In this document: positions 51,120 to 62,628 of the stretch, one piece after another
Numbering within the stretch: the stretch's first letter is position 1
Layout: each line of letters starts with the position of its first letter
Assembly (NCBI RefSeq): GCF_004010195.1
Contig: NC_057711.1
Location: forward strand, 69,007,619-69,071,618
DNA from: Chiloscyllium plagiosum
Lineage: Eukaryota
Length of the DNA: 64,000 bases
Direction: 5' to 3'
Position numbers and translations under genes: made by a program
Notes under the pieces: generated by a model
The model's database searches: none
The model's input: only the letters and a program-made list of their open reading frames with translations
Told to the model about the DNA's origin: nothing

Positions 51120-51565
51120 CGTTACTGGGATGTTGCCTGACACAGAGGGAAGGTCTTACGAGAAAGGCTGAGGGACTTGAGGCTGTTTTCGTTATAGCGA
51201 AGGAGGTTAAGAGGCAACTTAATTGAGACATAAAAGATAATCAGGGTTAGATAGATTGGACAGTGAGAGCCTTTTTATTCAGATGGTGATGGCTAGCACG
51301 AGGTGACATAGCTTTAAATTGAGAGGAGATAAATATCAGACAGATGTCAGAGGCAGTTTCTTTACTCAGAGTAGTAGGAGCGAGGAACGCACTGCCTGCA
51401 ACAGTGGTAGACTCACCGACTTTAAGGGCATTTAAATGGTTATTGGATAGACATATGGACGAGAATGGAATTGTGTAGGTTAGATGGGCTTCAGATTGGT
51501 TCCACAGGTCGGTGCAACTTTGAGGGCTGAAGGGCCTGTACTGCGCTGTAATGTTCTATGTTTTA
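51120..51565 (+). mobile_element. CR1 3' fragment
   Basis: ERLRDLRLFSL..RRLRGNLIE..RTDVRGSFFTQ; same terminus as 1-122. Confidence 0.85.
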
Positions 51566-51569
51566 TAGT

Positions 51570-53170
51570 CTACAGCAGTGGGCTGCCCAGATTCAGAGTG
51601 ACCCTCCTCAGCTGAATTTCTGAAGGGTTGGGGTTTACAGCCAAGGGTGAAGGTGCATCTCTGCAGTGTCTTGAAAGAAAACTTCCAACAAGCCTGCATG
51701 TGGTTCCTCCTCTCTCCCAGTTGCCAATGAGTGTCTGGTTTTGCACCATCCTGCCTCATTGAGAGAAAGGGGCACTCAGAGGAATTTAAGGTCCTCATTC
51801 TTTTCTCTCTTTGCCAGCGGTATTGAGCACCAATGGCTAAAGCCATGGAATGCAGGTCTCTTTGTATTTTCAGCTGCCACTGAATATTTTCCTGGACCTG
51901 GTTTACCATGGCGGCTCTCAACCTGTCCATATAGACAAGAGAGGTGTGTGCAGTCAGGGGCCAGCATAGTACCAGACAGTGTTGGTGAACGTCACTGATG
52001 TTCAATCCAGTTTACCGAGCGACTCTGACAGCCCCGTTCCTATAACCGCCTGTGCATTCATATGAAATCATTTGTAGCTGACACGGTGGGGGTCCCCTCC
52101 TGCCTGAAGCAGAGCAGATGTCTGGTATCTGGCTGTCATCTGTGGGCCCGAGACCCTGGGCGTTCCTTTCTTAACTTAGTGCAGAGGCTTGCCAGTGATA
52201 TGCTTGCCAGATTGTGCTCGCACATCTAAACTAGGTAGCAAACTCAGCGAGTTGAAAAGTCTCTGAGCAGATGGAGAGTGTAGGGGAAAGGCTTATTGGT
52301 GCATTCTGTGAGGGATCTGTGGCTTCTTTGTCGGATACGGCAGAGGATCTGATGACTCAAGCAGCTGACCTCTTTGGAATAATTTCTGTGTGGATGCTGC
52401 AAGTGCCTGAATAGGAAAAGATTGCCATTAGTTGTGCAGTTGGGGTTGAAGTTGAAGCATCTTGAGAGTAAATTCCCAGTGTTGGTAATGGAGGCACAAC
52501 ACAGCAGATTGAAACTTACTGGGCTGTCTTGACTTGGAAATCTCAGTCTCTTCACATGAGCAGTCTCTGTTCTCCCCAGCCATCTCAGGGGTCTCCTTAT
52601 CGGGATATCAGTCACATCGCTGACTGTTGTTACCCACACTGCCTAGTAATGAGAGAATTTCTCTGGCAGTAGGGAGACAAAAACAGGGATTGAGTGCGAT
52701 GAAAGTGAATGGAAGAATTGCTCGTGGTTTGCTGGAGAAGATGATGTGGTGATGTGCCCCAACCGAGTGAGTAGAAATTGCAGAATACGGAAAGGCTTAA
52801 TCGTTTAGAATCACGAGATGAGTGATCACTTATTGAGTGCCGATGCTGCATACCATGGTGAGAGTTGTAGCCCATTAGCCTTAGTGATGTAACTGTGCAG
52901 TGGCAGAGTGAGACTGTTGCAGATTACAGAAGGTCATTAACCTCTTCCAGGACTATTTGGTATTTCACATGATGCTCAAAATGGCACCCAGGCTGCTATC
53001 GGGGCTGGCCCTGTGTGGTGCTCGGGCGTCCTTTGACAGCCCACAAGTAGGAGGATATCTGTCGTCCCTTAACAGCCCATCCACCAGCACCTTCAGGTTC
53101 TTTTCTTCAAAGCAGGATGCAGTTTCCATTTCTGTGACACCCCGTCGCCAAAAATGGTGGAGCAGCAGAC
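51570..53170 (-). mobile_element. Degenerate PIF/Harbinger-type Myb/SANT (ORF2-like) gene remnant
   Basis: From ATG at 53129: METASCFEEKNLKVLVDGLL, then after frameshifts EEVNDLL*SA (~52945-52918), resembling the recalled Myb/SANT pattern F..xdLevLvd...rkkvNDL; coiled-coil-like MDRLRAAMVNQVQ near 51930. Confidence 0.5.
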
Positions 53171-53670
53171 NNNNNNNNNNNNNNNNNNNNNNNNNNNNNN
53201 NNNNNNNNNNNNNNNNNNNNNNNNNNNNNNNNNNNNNNNNNNNNNNNNNNNNNNNNNNNNNNNNNNNNNNNNNNNNNNNNNNNNNNNNNNNNNNNNNNNN
53301 NNNNNNNNNNNNNNNNNNNNNNNNNNNNNNNNNNNNNNNNNNNNNNNNNNNNNNNNNNNNNNNNNNNNNNNNNNNNNNNNNNNNNNNNNNNNNNNNNNNN
53401 NNNNNNNNNNNNNNNNNNNNNNNNNNNNNNNNNNNNNNNNNNNNNNNNNNNNNNNNNNNNNNNNNNNNNNNNNNNNNNNNNNNNNNNNNNNNNNNNNNNN
53501 NNNNNNNNNNNNNNNNNNNNNNNNNNNNNNNNNNNNNNNNNNNNNNNNNNNNNNNNNNNNNNNNNNNNNNNNNNNNNNNNNNNNNNNNNNNNNNNNNNNN
53601 NNNNNNNNNNNNNNNNNNNNNNNNNNNNNNNNNNNNNNNNNNNNNNNNNNNNNNNNNNNNNNNNNNNNNN
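53171..53670. other. Assembly gap (500 N)
   Basis: Run of exactly 500 N; a round number, so probably a scaffolding placeholder of unknown true size. Confidence 0.99.
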
Positions 53671-53904
53671 GCTTGCAACAAATGCCCTCTATAACCACCT
53701 TGGATGTATCCTGCCCACTGGCATGACAGACTCACTAACTGTGGCAGGACAGTGACACACAGTTGTAAATGAGAAATCTGAGAGTTCTGAATGTTGACTT
53801 TGGACCCCTTTGAAGGTTAATTATGTAAGTGAAACATAGTCTTCTGGTTAGCACCCTCTCTCAAATAATACATCTGTACTCCTACATGTTGGGAACTACC
53901 TAGA

Positions 53905-55016
53905 GGCATAGAGATGTTCAGCATTGAAACAGACTCTTTGGTCCAATCCGTCCAGGCCAACCACATATCCCAACTCAATCTAGTCCCACCTGCCAGCACC
54001 TGGCCCTTATCCCTCCAAACCCTTCATATTCATATACCCATCCAAATGCCTCTTAAATGTTGCAATTGTACCAGTCTCCACCACTTCCTCTGGCAGCTCA
54101 TTCCATACATGTACCACCCATTGTGTGAAAAAGTTGCCCCGTAGGTCTCTTTTATATCTTTCCCCTTTCACCCTAAACCCTCTAGTATTGGGCTCCCCGA
54201 CCCCAGGGAAAAGACTAATCCAATTTACCCTATCCATGTCCCTCATAATTTTGTAAACCTCTATAAGGTCACCACTCAGCCTCTGACACTCCAAGGAAAA
54301 CAGCCCCAGCCTGTTCAGCCTCTCCCTATAGCTCAAATCCTCCAACCCTGGCAACATCCTTGTAAAGGTCTCTTTGTTCAGCAACACTCCCTAGGACCTT
54401 AACACTAAGTGTATAAGTCCTGCCAAGATTTGATTTCCCAAAATGCAACACCTCTCATTTACCTGAATTAAACTCCATCTGCCACTTCTCAGCCCATTGG
54501 CCCATCTGGTCAAGATCCTGTTGTAATCTGAGGTAACCCTGTTCGCTGTCCACTACACCTCCAATTTTAGTGTCATCTGCAAACTTACTAACTCTACCTC
54601 TTATGGTCGCATCTAAATCATTTATGTAAATGACAAAAAGTAGAGGACCCAGCACCGATCCTTGTGGCACTCCACTGGTCACAGGCCTCCAGTCGGAAAA
54701 ACAACCGTCCACCACCACCCACCTTTGAGCCAGTTCTGTATCCAAATGTCTAGTTCTCCCTGTATTCCATGAGATCTAACCTTGTTAATCAGTCTCCCAT
54801 GGGGAACCTTGTCGAAAGCCTTACTGAAGTCCATATAGATCACATCTACCGCTCTGCCCTTATCAATCCGCTTTGTTACTTCCTCAAAAAACTCAATCAA
54901 GACATGATTTCCAAAGTACAAAGCCATGTTGACTATCCCTAATCAGTCCTTGCCTTCCAAATACATGTACATCCTGTCCCTCAGGATTCCTTCCAACAAC
55001 CTGCCCACCACCGACG
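53905..55016 (-). mobile_element. 5'-truncated CR1 LINE (RT to 3' end)
   Basis: ORFs 54679..54927, 54455..54745 and 54007..54387: MDFSKAFDKVPHGRL, GVPQGSVLGPLLF, SKFADDTKIGG, RGNFFTQ. Confidence 0.92.
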
Positions 55017-56069
55017 AAGATCTGTGGGTCGGAAAGGCTCTGAACATATCCTGAGTAGAAGACTTTTCAATGCTGGTCACCAAGAATCACTAAGTAACAT
55101 GACTATTGACTGAGCTGGCCATATTCTTGAGGACATATCTACCAGACTGGTCAAGTAGTGAGAGAACCAATGGCAAAACCTACTTGACCTCCTTCCTCCC
55201 CAAACTACCTGTTGCAGGTGCATCTCTCCATGATTAAATTGGACCAAGTTCAAGAAGACGACGACCGCCACCATCTCGAGGGGAGTTAGTGAGGGCCAAA
55301 AATTCTGGCCTAGCCAGCAACATCCACATTCATGAACAAATAAATTTTTTAAAAAGCCTTGTGGTGACAAAGTCTGTCTTCAGGCTGAGAGCACTACTCC
55401 CGTTTTATGACATTTCCGGTGTGTTAAATGTGATAGGTTAAGAACAGATTAAAATAACTCTGAGCTGGGCATTGAACTTTTGAGACACTGTGGGTCACTA
55501 ACAGCTGGAATTCAACTATAATCAGTAATCTCATGATCCAGGATATCTCTCACTCCTCCATTGCCATTAATTCAGGGACACAAACCAGATTCAATGAAAA
55601 ATGCACCAGGCATATCTGGTGAAACTAAACGCACACATTAATATTAAAAACGCAAACAGCATGGGCTATAGACAGAGCTAATTGATACCACAACCAAAGG
55701 AATCAGGTAAAAGCTCTGCAGTCTTCCACTTCCAGACATGGCAATTAAATAGCCACTATAGGAGATGTCTGTTAAGAATAACCCATCCTCAGCGATGACA
55801 GACAAATTCAAAAAACTGAGGCTGCAACCTTCTTCAGCTATAAGTGCCAAGTGGATGATCCCACTTGGATCTAGGCCATCACATAAGTCAGTCTTCAGTG
55901 CATTAGATTTATTCTACCTGATTTCTAGGAACAGCAGAGCAGACTGAAGACAATAAAGACTTGGAGCCCTGACAGCTTTTCCATTTGAGATACTGCAGAC
56001 CTGGGCTCCAGAATTAACCATACCAATGGCAAGCACATTGCAGTGTAGTTATAACATACATATCAATGT

Positions 56070-56185
56070 ATTTTCTAATCAACCTGTTCAGAGATGTTAC
56101 TATTCACTTCTGGAGCAGTTAGGATTTGAACCTAACCCTTCTGATTCAAAGTTAAGGACCCTACCACTGCATCACATAAGCTCTA
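56070..56185 (-). mobile_element. Short tRNA-derived SINE (same family as 34505-34620)
   Basis: Minus strand TGATGCAGTGGTAGGGTCC...GGTTCAAATCC...TCTCTGAACAGGTTGATTAGAAAATA. Confidence 0.65.
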
Positions 56186-56197
56186 CAACAGAGGCAT

Positions 56198-56409
56198 TGT
56201 AGTCGTTTGAACCAGGTCAGCCAAGTGGTATTATGAAATTAATTCCTGATTGGACCAGATTAACAGCCCTAATCAGGGAGTCCTGGCTGAAAGATATAAA
56301 CAGGAGAGTCAAAGTTTCTGTTCACTTTCGAAGCCAACTCTGAGCTCTCTGGATCAGTGTTGTATACTATGCACGTGTAAATAAAGGGTAACTTTATGGA
56401 ATTATTTCA
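56198..56409 (+). mobile_element. Solo LTR (212 bp)
   Basis: TG...CA termini (TGTAGTCG...TATTTCA), TATAAA at ~56294, AATAAA at ~56380, 5-bp TSD GGCAT (56193-56197) / AGCAT (56410-56414). Confidence 0.75.
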
Positions 56410-57997
56410 AGCATCTACTTGGCATTGTGAAAAATTGCCCAAGTGTGTCCTTTCCACGCAAAAGCAGGATAAATCCAATCCAGCCAATTACTACCCAGTT
56501 GGTGTACTGGTGAATCATCAGCAAAGTAATTGAAGGTGTTGTCACCAGTATTACCAAGCATCTCATACTTGCTGATAACCTGCTCAATAATGAAAACAAG
56601 AAAGGTTGGTAAAACTCTGGTCAGGCAGCATCTATGAAGAGAAACAGAGTTAATATTTCAGGTCATTGAAAAGATGATGAAAATCCTGATGAAATGTTGT
56701 GGATTGGATACATGCTCCAGATTGTCTTATAGCCTTGGTCCAAACCTGGGCAATAGAGCCGACTTCTAGAGACAAGACGTGAGTGATTGCCACTGGCATC
56801 AAAACATTGTTTTTCCAGTGTGGCATCCAGGATCCTTAGTAAAATTGATTGAAGTGGAAGTCAGAGGGAAAACTTCTCTCAAGTGCTATTAAGAGGGAAT
56901 TGGATCATTTCCTCTTGAAATTGAAACTCATTGCCATCAAGATTTCCTCACATCAAGATTCTCTGGGCTGCCATTGAAGCTAGCTTTATAAATACTATGA
57001 CTGTAAGATCAGGTCAGACACTAGAAATCCTTTGCCAAATAACTCGCTTCCTGACTCCTCAGTGCCTGTCCACCATCTGGACAACACAAGTCATGAATCT
57101 GATAGAATACTTTCCACTTCCCTGGAGAGTGTAACTCCAGCAACTTTCAAGAAGCTTGATATAATCCACTGCCTTCCACGATCACTGAACAGTGGCAACA
57201 GTATGCACCATCTACAAGATGAACTGTAGCAATTTACCGGATCATCTTTGACAGCACCCTCCAAAAGTATGATCTCTACCACCTAGAAAATGAGCAACAT
57301 GCTCATGGGAACCCCATCATCTGCATTTCACATCTCAATCATATATTATCCTGACATACATCCTGTCTCCACCCCCAAGGCTTCCAGCCTCTTTCCTGAT
57401 GGCCCGAAGCGTTGATAATCCTGCTCCTTGGTTGCTGCCTGACCTGCTGTGCTTTTCCAGCACTACTCTAATCTTGGCTTTAATCTCCAGCATCTGCAGT
57501 ACCCACTTTCACCTATGGAAATATACTACTGAGCCTTCACTATAACTGGGTCAAAACCCTTGAATTCTACACCGAAAACAGCTGTGGTTATTGTTACATC
57601 ACGTGAACTGCAGACATATAAGAAGCCAATTCACCAATACCTTGACAAGGACAAAGAATGATTGACTTTAAATACTGACCTTGCTGGGAATGCTAACTTC
57701 TGTGAATAACTTATTTAATTCTGTTCATGCAGAAAAGTCAATTGGCTCTCCCACCTTATGGCTGTTGAGAAACCACTTTCTAAAGGACTTGATTTGAAGC
57801 GTATCATCAAATTATTGGGTTTCTGTAGCCTTTATCCAACAGGTGAAATTAAAAGCAGCTCTCCATTTGTGAAATTGCTTGCAGAACGGTTATTTTTTTA
57901 AACCATTAAGAAAGTGATCACTCGATGTGTTTTTTTTTCCCAGATGTTATATTTGTGCAAGAAAGATAATTTAAGAATAAGCAATATTTAATAACCT

Positions 57998-58115
57998 TAA
58001 GGGTGTTTGCGGAGCAGAGGTAAGTGTGCCTACCTCTAAGCCAGTGGTCCAGGTTCAAGTCCCTCCTTCTGCAGAGCTGTACAATAACATTTCTGAGCAG
58101 GTTAGTTAGCAAATA
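57998..58115 (+). mobile_element. Short tRNA-derived SINE (same family as 34505-34620)
   Basis: ...CCTACCTCTAAGCCAGTGGTCCAGGTTCAAGTCCC...AATAACATTTCTGAGCAGGTTAGTTAGCAAATA. Confidence 0.65.
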
Positions 58116-59652
58116 TTAGTTATGACCTTTTGACTTTTACGCAGTTAAAATGTTTGAAGCTGCTTTCAGCCAATTGTCGTCAGTCTTACTGCCTTTTCGA
58201 AAAGCTGTGGCTGCATTGAAAGGAAAATTGTCTTGTTCTTTGGTATTGAATATGAATTATTTCCTCTGCCTTGCAACCCATCTGTTCTGCACAGCAGACA
58301 GCCTGGATTTCACAAAGATTGTCTGACCACCTAGAGGAGCATCAGAACTTTGTGGAAAGTATTAAAACATGTATTTAATTGTTTCCATATGTTTTTTTAA
58401 ATTGTGAAATTATATCAATTTTTCCAGAGATGTTGCTAGTAGTTTTTAAGAATTACATAAAATAATTTATTTATAAAATATTAAAATCTCATGATTTTTT
58501 CCCCACCATCTCTAAGTCTGTCCTTACTACTACTGCAATAATGGGTCCAAATACTGAGGCATTATATTTTTGCCACAGGATGCATCCCTTTGGTTTCCAA
58601 TCTGTGCAATTGAATGATAGAAGAGAAACAGTCTTGTTTTTATTGTATCCTTGTTTTCAAGTCCACTGGCACGTTTGTGTTATTAACTGTTTATCATGGT
58701 GATGAAACTTGTGAGAAAGACCACACAATTAAACTTGAAGGATAACGTTACTTTTTTTCTCCAGTTGTTTGTGGTGTACCTAATCTATATCACTGTCATT
58801 GAGCAGCTATTTATTCACAAGTTTTTAAAGAGCTCTAATTAACATTTGGTGGCTGTTTTTCTGACTGAGCTTTACTGTCATAGCCTAGTATTGTGCAATC
58901 ACTTCTTGGCAATGCAGAGGCAGGTCCTTGATCATAGGAATTAAAGTAACTTTACAGAAGGATAATGGTATGGTATGGGAACATCTTAATCTAGATTAAA
59001 TTATTTGGTTTTGCAGATGGCAGAATAATTTTGGGGTTTGAATCCACCATATAATTAGCCTAAGATTTATGCATACTAGATTTGTGCAGGTTGTCTACTT
59101 TTAGCAGCAGTTAATATAATGGTTGCACGATAATTTTGCAGACATTTGTTTCTTTGCCACCCACTAGTTGTTTTGGTTTTTCTTTGGTGGCTGCTACTGA
59201 GATCGATAGTACGTTGCAGATACAAATTAGATTATCAGCCAATTTAGAGTACACCATCTTCAAAGAACACTGCAAGCATATGGTTAACAACTGAAGTTGC
59301 ATTTTCTTTTGCAATATGATCCTCTTCCATTTTCTTACTTTCTTATGTTAGATTTGGCTGAAGTACTGCTTTTACCCCTTCAGTTGCCAAAAGTGAATTC
59401 TCATCCGTGGCGTATTAAATCTGTCTCCGCACACCTCTCCTCTGAGATCACTGCCATTTTCTCGCCTCTAACCTCTCCCTTCATGCAATTTTTCTGCACA
59501 CATTAACGGCCATCCTATTGAGATTGCTATATACATGTCTTCTCTATCTCCAGTTTACGATTTCCAAACAAAGCCCAGTCCTGATTGCTTCCACATATCC
59601 CTCTGTGACCACATATCATGTCCATCCCCCACCACAATTTCCTGTTGGGTCA

Positions 59653-60417
59653 ATAAAAGCAAAATACTGCAGGTACTGGAGATCTGAAATAAACGCAAAA
59701 CATAAAAGAAATTCAGCAGCAGCAACATTCCCTCCTAACTTTCCAAGGAACCGGAAATCGTTGCCGTGACCAGCGTATTTTGGACAGTTAGAGGAAAGAT
59801 TGCTCGCAGGCCTGGCAATATCTGTGGAGAGCAACAGTTTACGTTTCAAGTCCAATGACTACTTCTAAACTGAAGAGCGGTGGAAACACAGCAAACGTCA
59901 TGTTGTTGAGAGGGAGGAGGGACAAGTGGAACAGAAAGGCAGGTCATAAAAAGGTTAAGTGTGATTGGACATTAAAATGTGTCTTTGAGCAAAAGACAAA
60001 GGGAATGATAATGATTCTAGAGAAGATGACTCACAGATTCAGAGAAAGTGCTCCTGTCAGAATAAAGTTGAATTCTGATTAAAAACCAAGCAATGATAGA
60101 TAAAATACAAATACTGTGATGGTGGTGGGGTGGTACAGTGTAGGATGGAAGAGACAGAGGAAAATATCAAAATGGAGGACAGAGTCCACAATCTGAAGTT
60201 GTCAAATTCAATGTTGAGACCAAACAGCTGTAAACTGTAAACAAAAAGTGAGGTGCAGTTCCTCCAACTTGAGTGGACTTCATTATCACAATGCAGCAGG
60301 CTCAGGATGGAAATATGAGCATGAAAGCAGGCTGGTGGATTGAAGTGGTAAGCAATTAGAAGGTTGGGTTCATGCTTGTGGAATGAGTGGAGGTGTTCCA
60401 CAAAGCAGTCACCTGCT
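59653..60417 (-). mobile_element. Penelope-like element 3' fragment (second family; GIY-YIG C-terminus plus terminal repeat)
   Basis: ORF 60057..60401: EHLHS..HEPNLLIAYHFN...HISILSLLHC...LQLFGLNIEFDNFR, followed by the CTCCACAGAT..GCCAG..CTG / TTTCAGATCTCCAG terminus shared with the mini-elements. Confidence 0.8.
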
Positions 60418-60932
60418 GTTGGGAAAATAAACGTTCTGCCTCTGCATTGCTTACAGTGACAGTTTCAAACCTCTAACTTTAGCTTGTGGTCCTTCATATT
60501 CTACAATAGGTTTGCAGCGAATGATTTGCTCAGTCATGTACTTAGCTACACCTCTGCCTTTTTCCACAGAAGATCTGATACTAGTCAATCCAGATCCTTC
60601 CCATGGTTATGGGAGCCTAGATTAAGTAGTTTTAAAAAGTCAAAAGTTGACTTCTTATGGATTGAGAATTAGGTCATTTCAGACTGGACCAGATGGTGCA
60701 GGGAGAGCATTCTGGATGATTCAGAGATGTTGAGATGTGATTTATAACTTTTCCGAGCAGCTGATGAGTTGATTCCTAAAACACTCCATGATGGATGGTC
60801 AAACAACAGACAGGACCTGAGTTTATATGATGATTGGAGAGAGTATCTCACAGGATCCTAGTTCTTATACATCTTTCTTCTGATCTGTGGCTTACAGAGC
60901 AGTAGCACCTTAAAAGAATGTATAAAAAGGGT

Positions 60933-61060
60933 CTGCGAAAGGGTCACTCGACCCAAAATAGTTCCATCCTCATATGCTGCCAGATCTACTGAGCTTTTCC
61001 AGAAATTTCCATTTTTGTTTCTGATTTACAGTATCTGCAGTCCTTTTGGTTTTTATTTAA
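60933..61060 (+). mobile_element. Penelope-terminus-derived mini-element (128 bp) with degenerate hammerhead motif
   Basis: 9-bp TSD AAAAAGGGT at 60924-60932 and 61061-61069; CTGCGAA-AGGGTC-ACTC-GACCC-AAAA. Confidence 0.65.
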
Positions 61061-62342
61061 AAAAAGGGTGAGTTGATTTCATCGCATCCCCTTCCATCAA
61101 CTGACCAGTTACGTAAATGTGGACACAGCAAGTTGATTCCAGATTCATCGTTTAGGCAGGATTAGATTGTGGCTGGATTATACTCAGTTGGAATCCATTG
61201 TCCAAAATTATCGCATCTACTGATTTGTTCCCACACCAGTTAGCAGGCCGTCTGGATTTTATTGTGAATGGGTCAGAAAATGGGCCAGTTACGTTCTTCA
61301 AAAGTACTTGTCTGAAATGGGTTCTTCCAGATAATCTGACTCTGTTACAATGGATTTGTAATTAGCAAAGTACAAATTGTAAGCTCCAGGAATGTTGATG
61401 CAGCTATCTCAGAAGTTGTTTTAAGTCATTGAAATCAATCTTTTAAAACTCAACCAATGATTGCAGTCCAGTGAATACATATTCATTTTTAATTTAAAAA
61501 GCATGGTTTTATAACACACAATCAACTGTTCTCACTTACTGAAGGCACCAATGCATGTTTGTTTGATAAGCAGTACTTAGATGGTCCCTTGGACTAATTA
61601 TTTGAGTTAGGTTACTAACCCTGAGCTTGATCCCATCTTAACTCAGTCTTCACATCTGCATGTTTTCTTGCAATCGAGAGTAACTCCCCTGATTCATTCT
61701 CCTCCTCACTTCCTTCCAGCTGAGGTCAGATAACACCACCTAAGTCTGGAAACAACCGATTACAGTTTAATATAATACAATGTGGTGCAATTTCTCACTA
61801 ATGTAGGAAGAAAATTGATATAGTGAGTAATGGACTGAACACCAGCAATAACCTCCTTTTAACATCTGCCAACTATAACATCGAGCTCTTTTACATTTAC
61901 TACTGTTCCTTCAACTTATTTCTGACAAGTTCAAGCTGAAATTTCCATTTGGTAATCCAACAGTTGTGTATTCCTTTGATTTATCCCTCACCCAGAGTAC
62001 CTGAATTTACACTGCTGTAATACAGGATATTGTTCTCAGTTTGTGAATGAGCCATGTGTAAGTGTATGTTTCCCCATTCTTCTTTATTGCAGCAAAAATG
62101 TAACAAATTCCTTTTTTTTTGACTCATGACTTGTATTAATGATCACTTGTATTCTTGATCATTCTAGATATTGTTTGAAAGAAAATTTTCTTCAGACCTG
62201 TAATGTACTTTATCTAAACATATATGATATTGACAAATGCGCAAAAGACTTCCATGTTTCAGTGCTATCATCTTGATATCCAGCACAAGGGAGTAAAATG
62301 CTAAACATTTGTTCCCATCCTGTCCAAAACATTTAGCTAAAC

Positions 62343-62628
62343 CTCTGTCTGTGTGGAGTTTGCACATTCTCCCCGTGTCTGCATGGGTTTCCTCTGGGTG
62401 CTGCAGTTTCCTCCCACAGACTGCAGATGTGCGAGTTAGATAGATTAGCAATGCTAAATTTCCTGTAATGTTCAAGGATGTGCAGGTTAGATGGATTAGC
62501 CATGGGAAATGCAGGGCTACAGGGATAGTTTAGGGTGGTTGGTCTGGGTGGGAGATGCTGTTCAGAGGATTGGTGTGCACTCGATGGACCAAATGGTCTG
62601 CTTCCACAGGAAGGAATTCAATGATTCT
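62343..62628 (+). mobile_element. 5'-truncated HE1/V-SINE
   Basis: TGTCTGTGTGGAGTTTGCACATTCTCCCCGTGTCTGCATGGGTTTCCTC V-domain core and CR1-like tail. Confidence 0.85.

Larger units (their letters stand above)
55400..57705 (+). mobile_element. Degraded copy of the second CR1/L2-group LINE family with nested inserts
   Basis: Collinear with the 24480-30105 copies (..GAAAAATTGCCCAAGTGTGTCCT..AAAGCAGGATAAATCCAATCCAGCCAATTAC..; ..CAGTGCCTGTCCACCATCT..). Confidence 0.7.

Noticed and set aside
52957..53735. Long ORFs of 190-256 aa in the ORF track
   Set aside because: Their length comes from reading through the 500-N gap.
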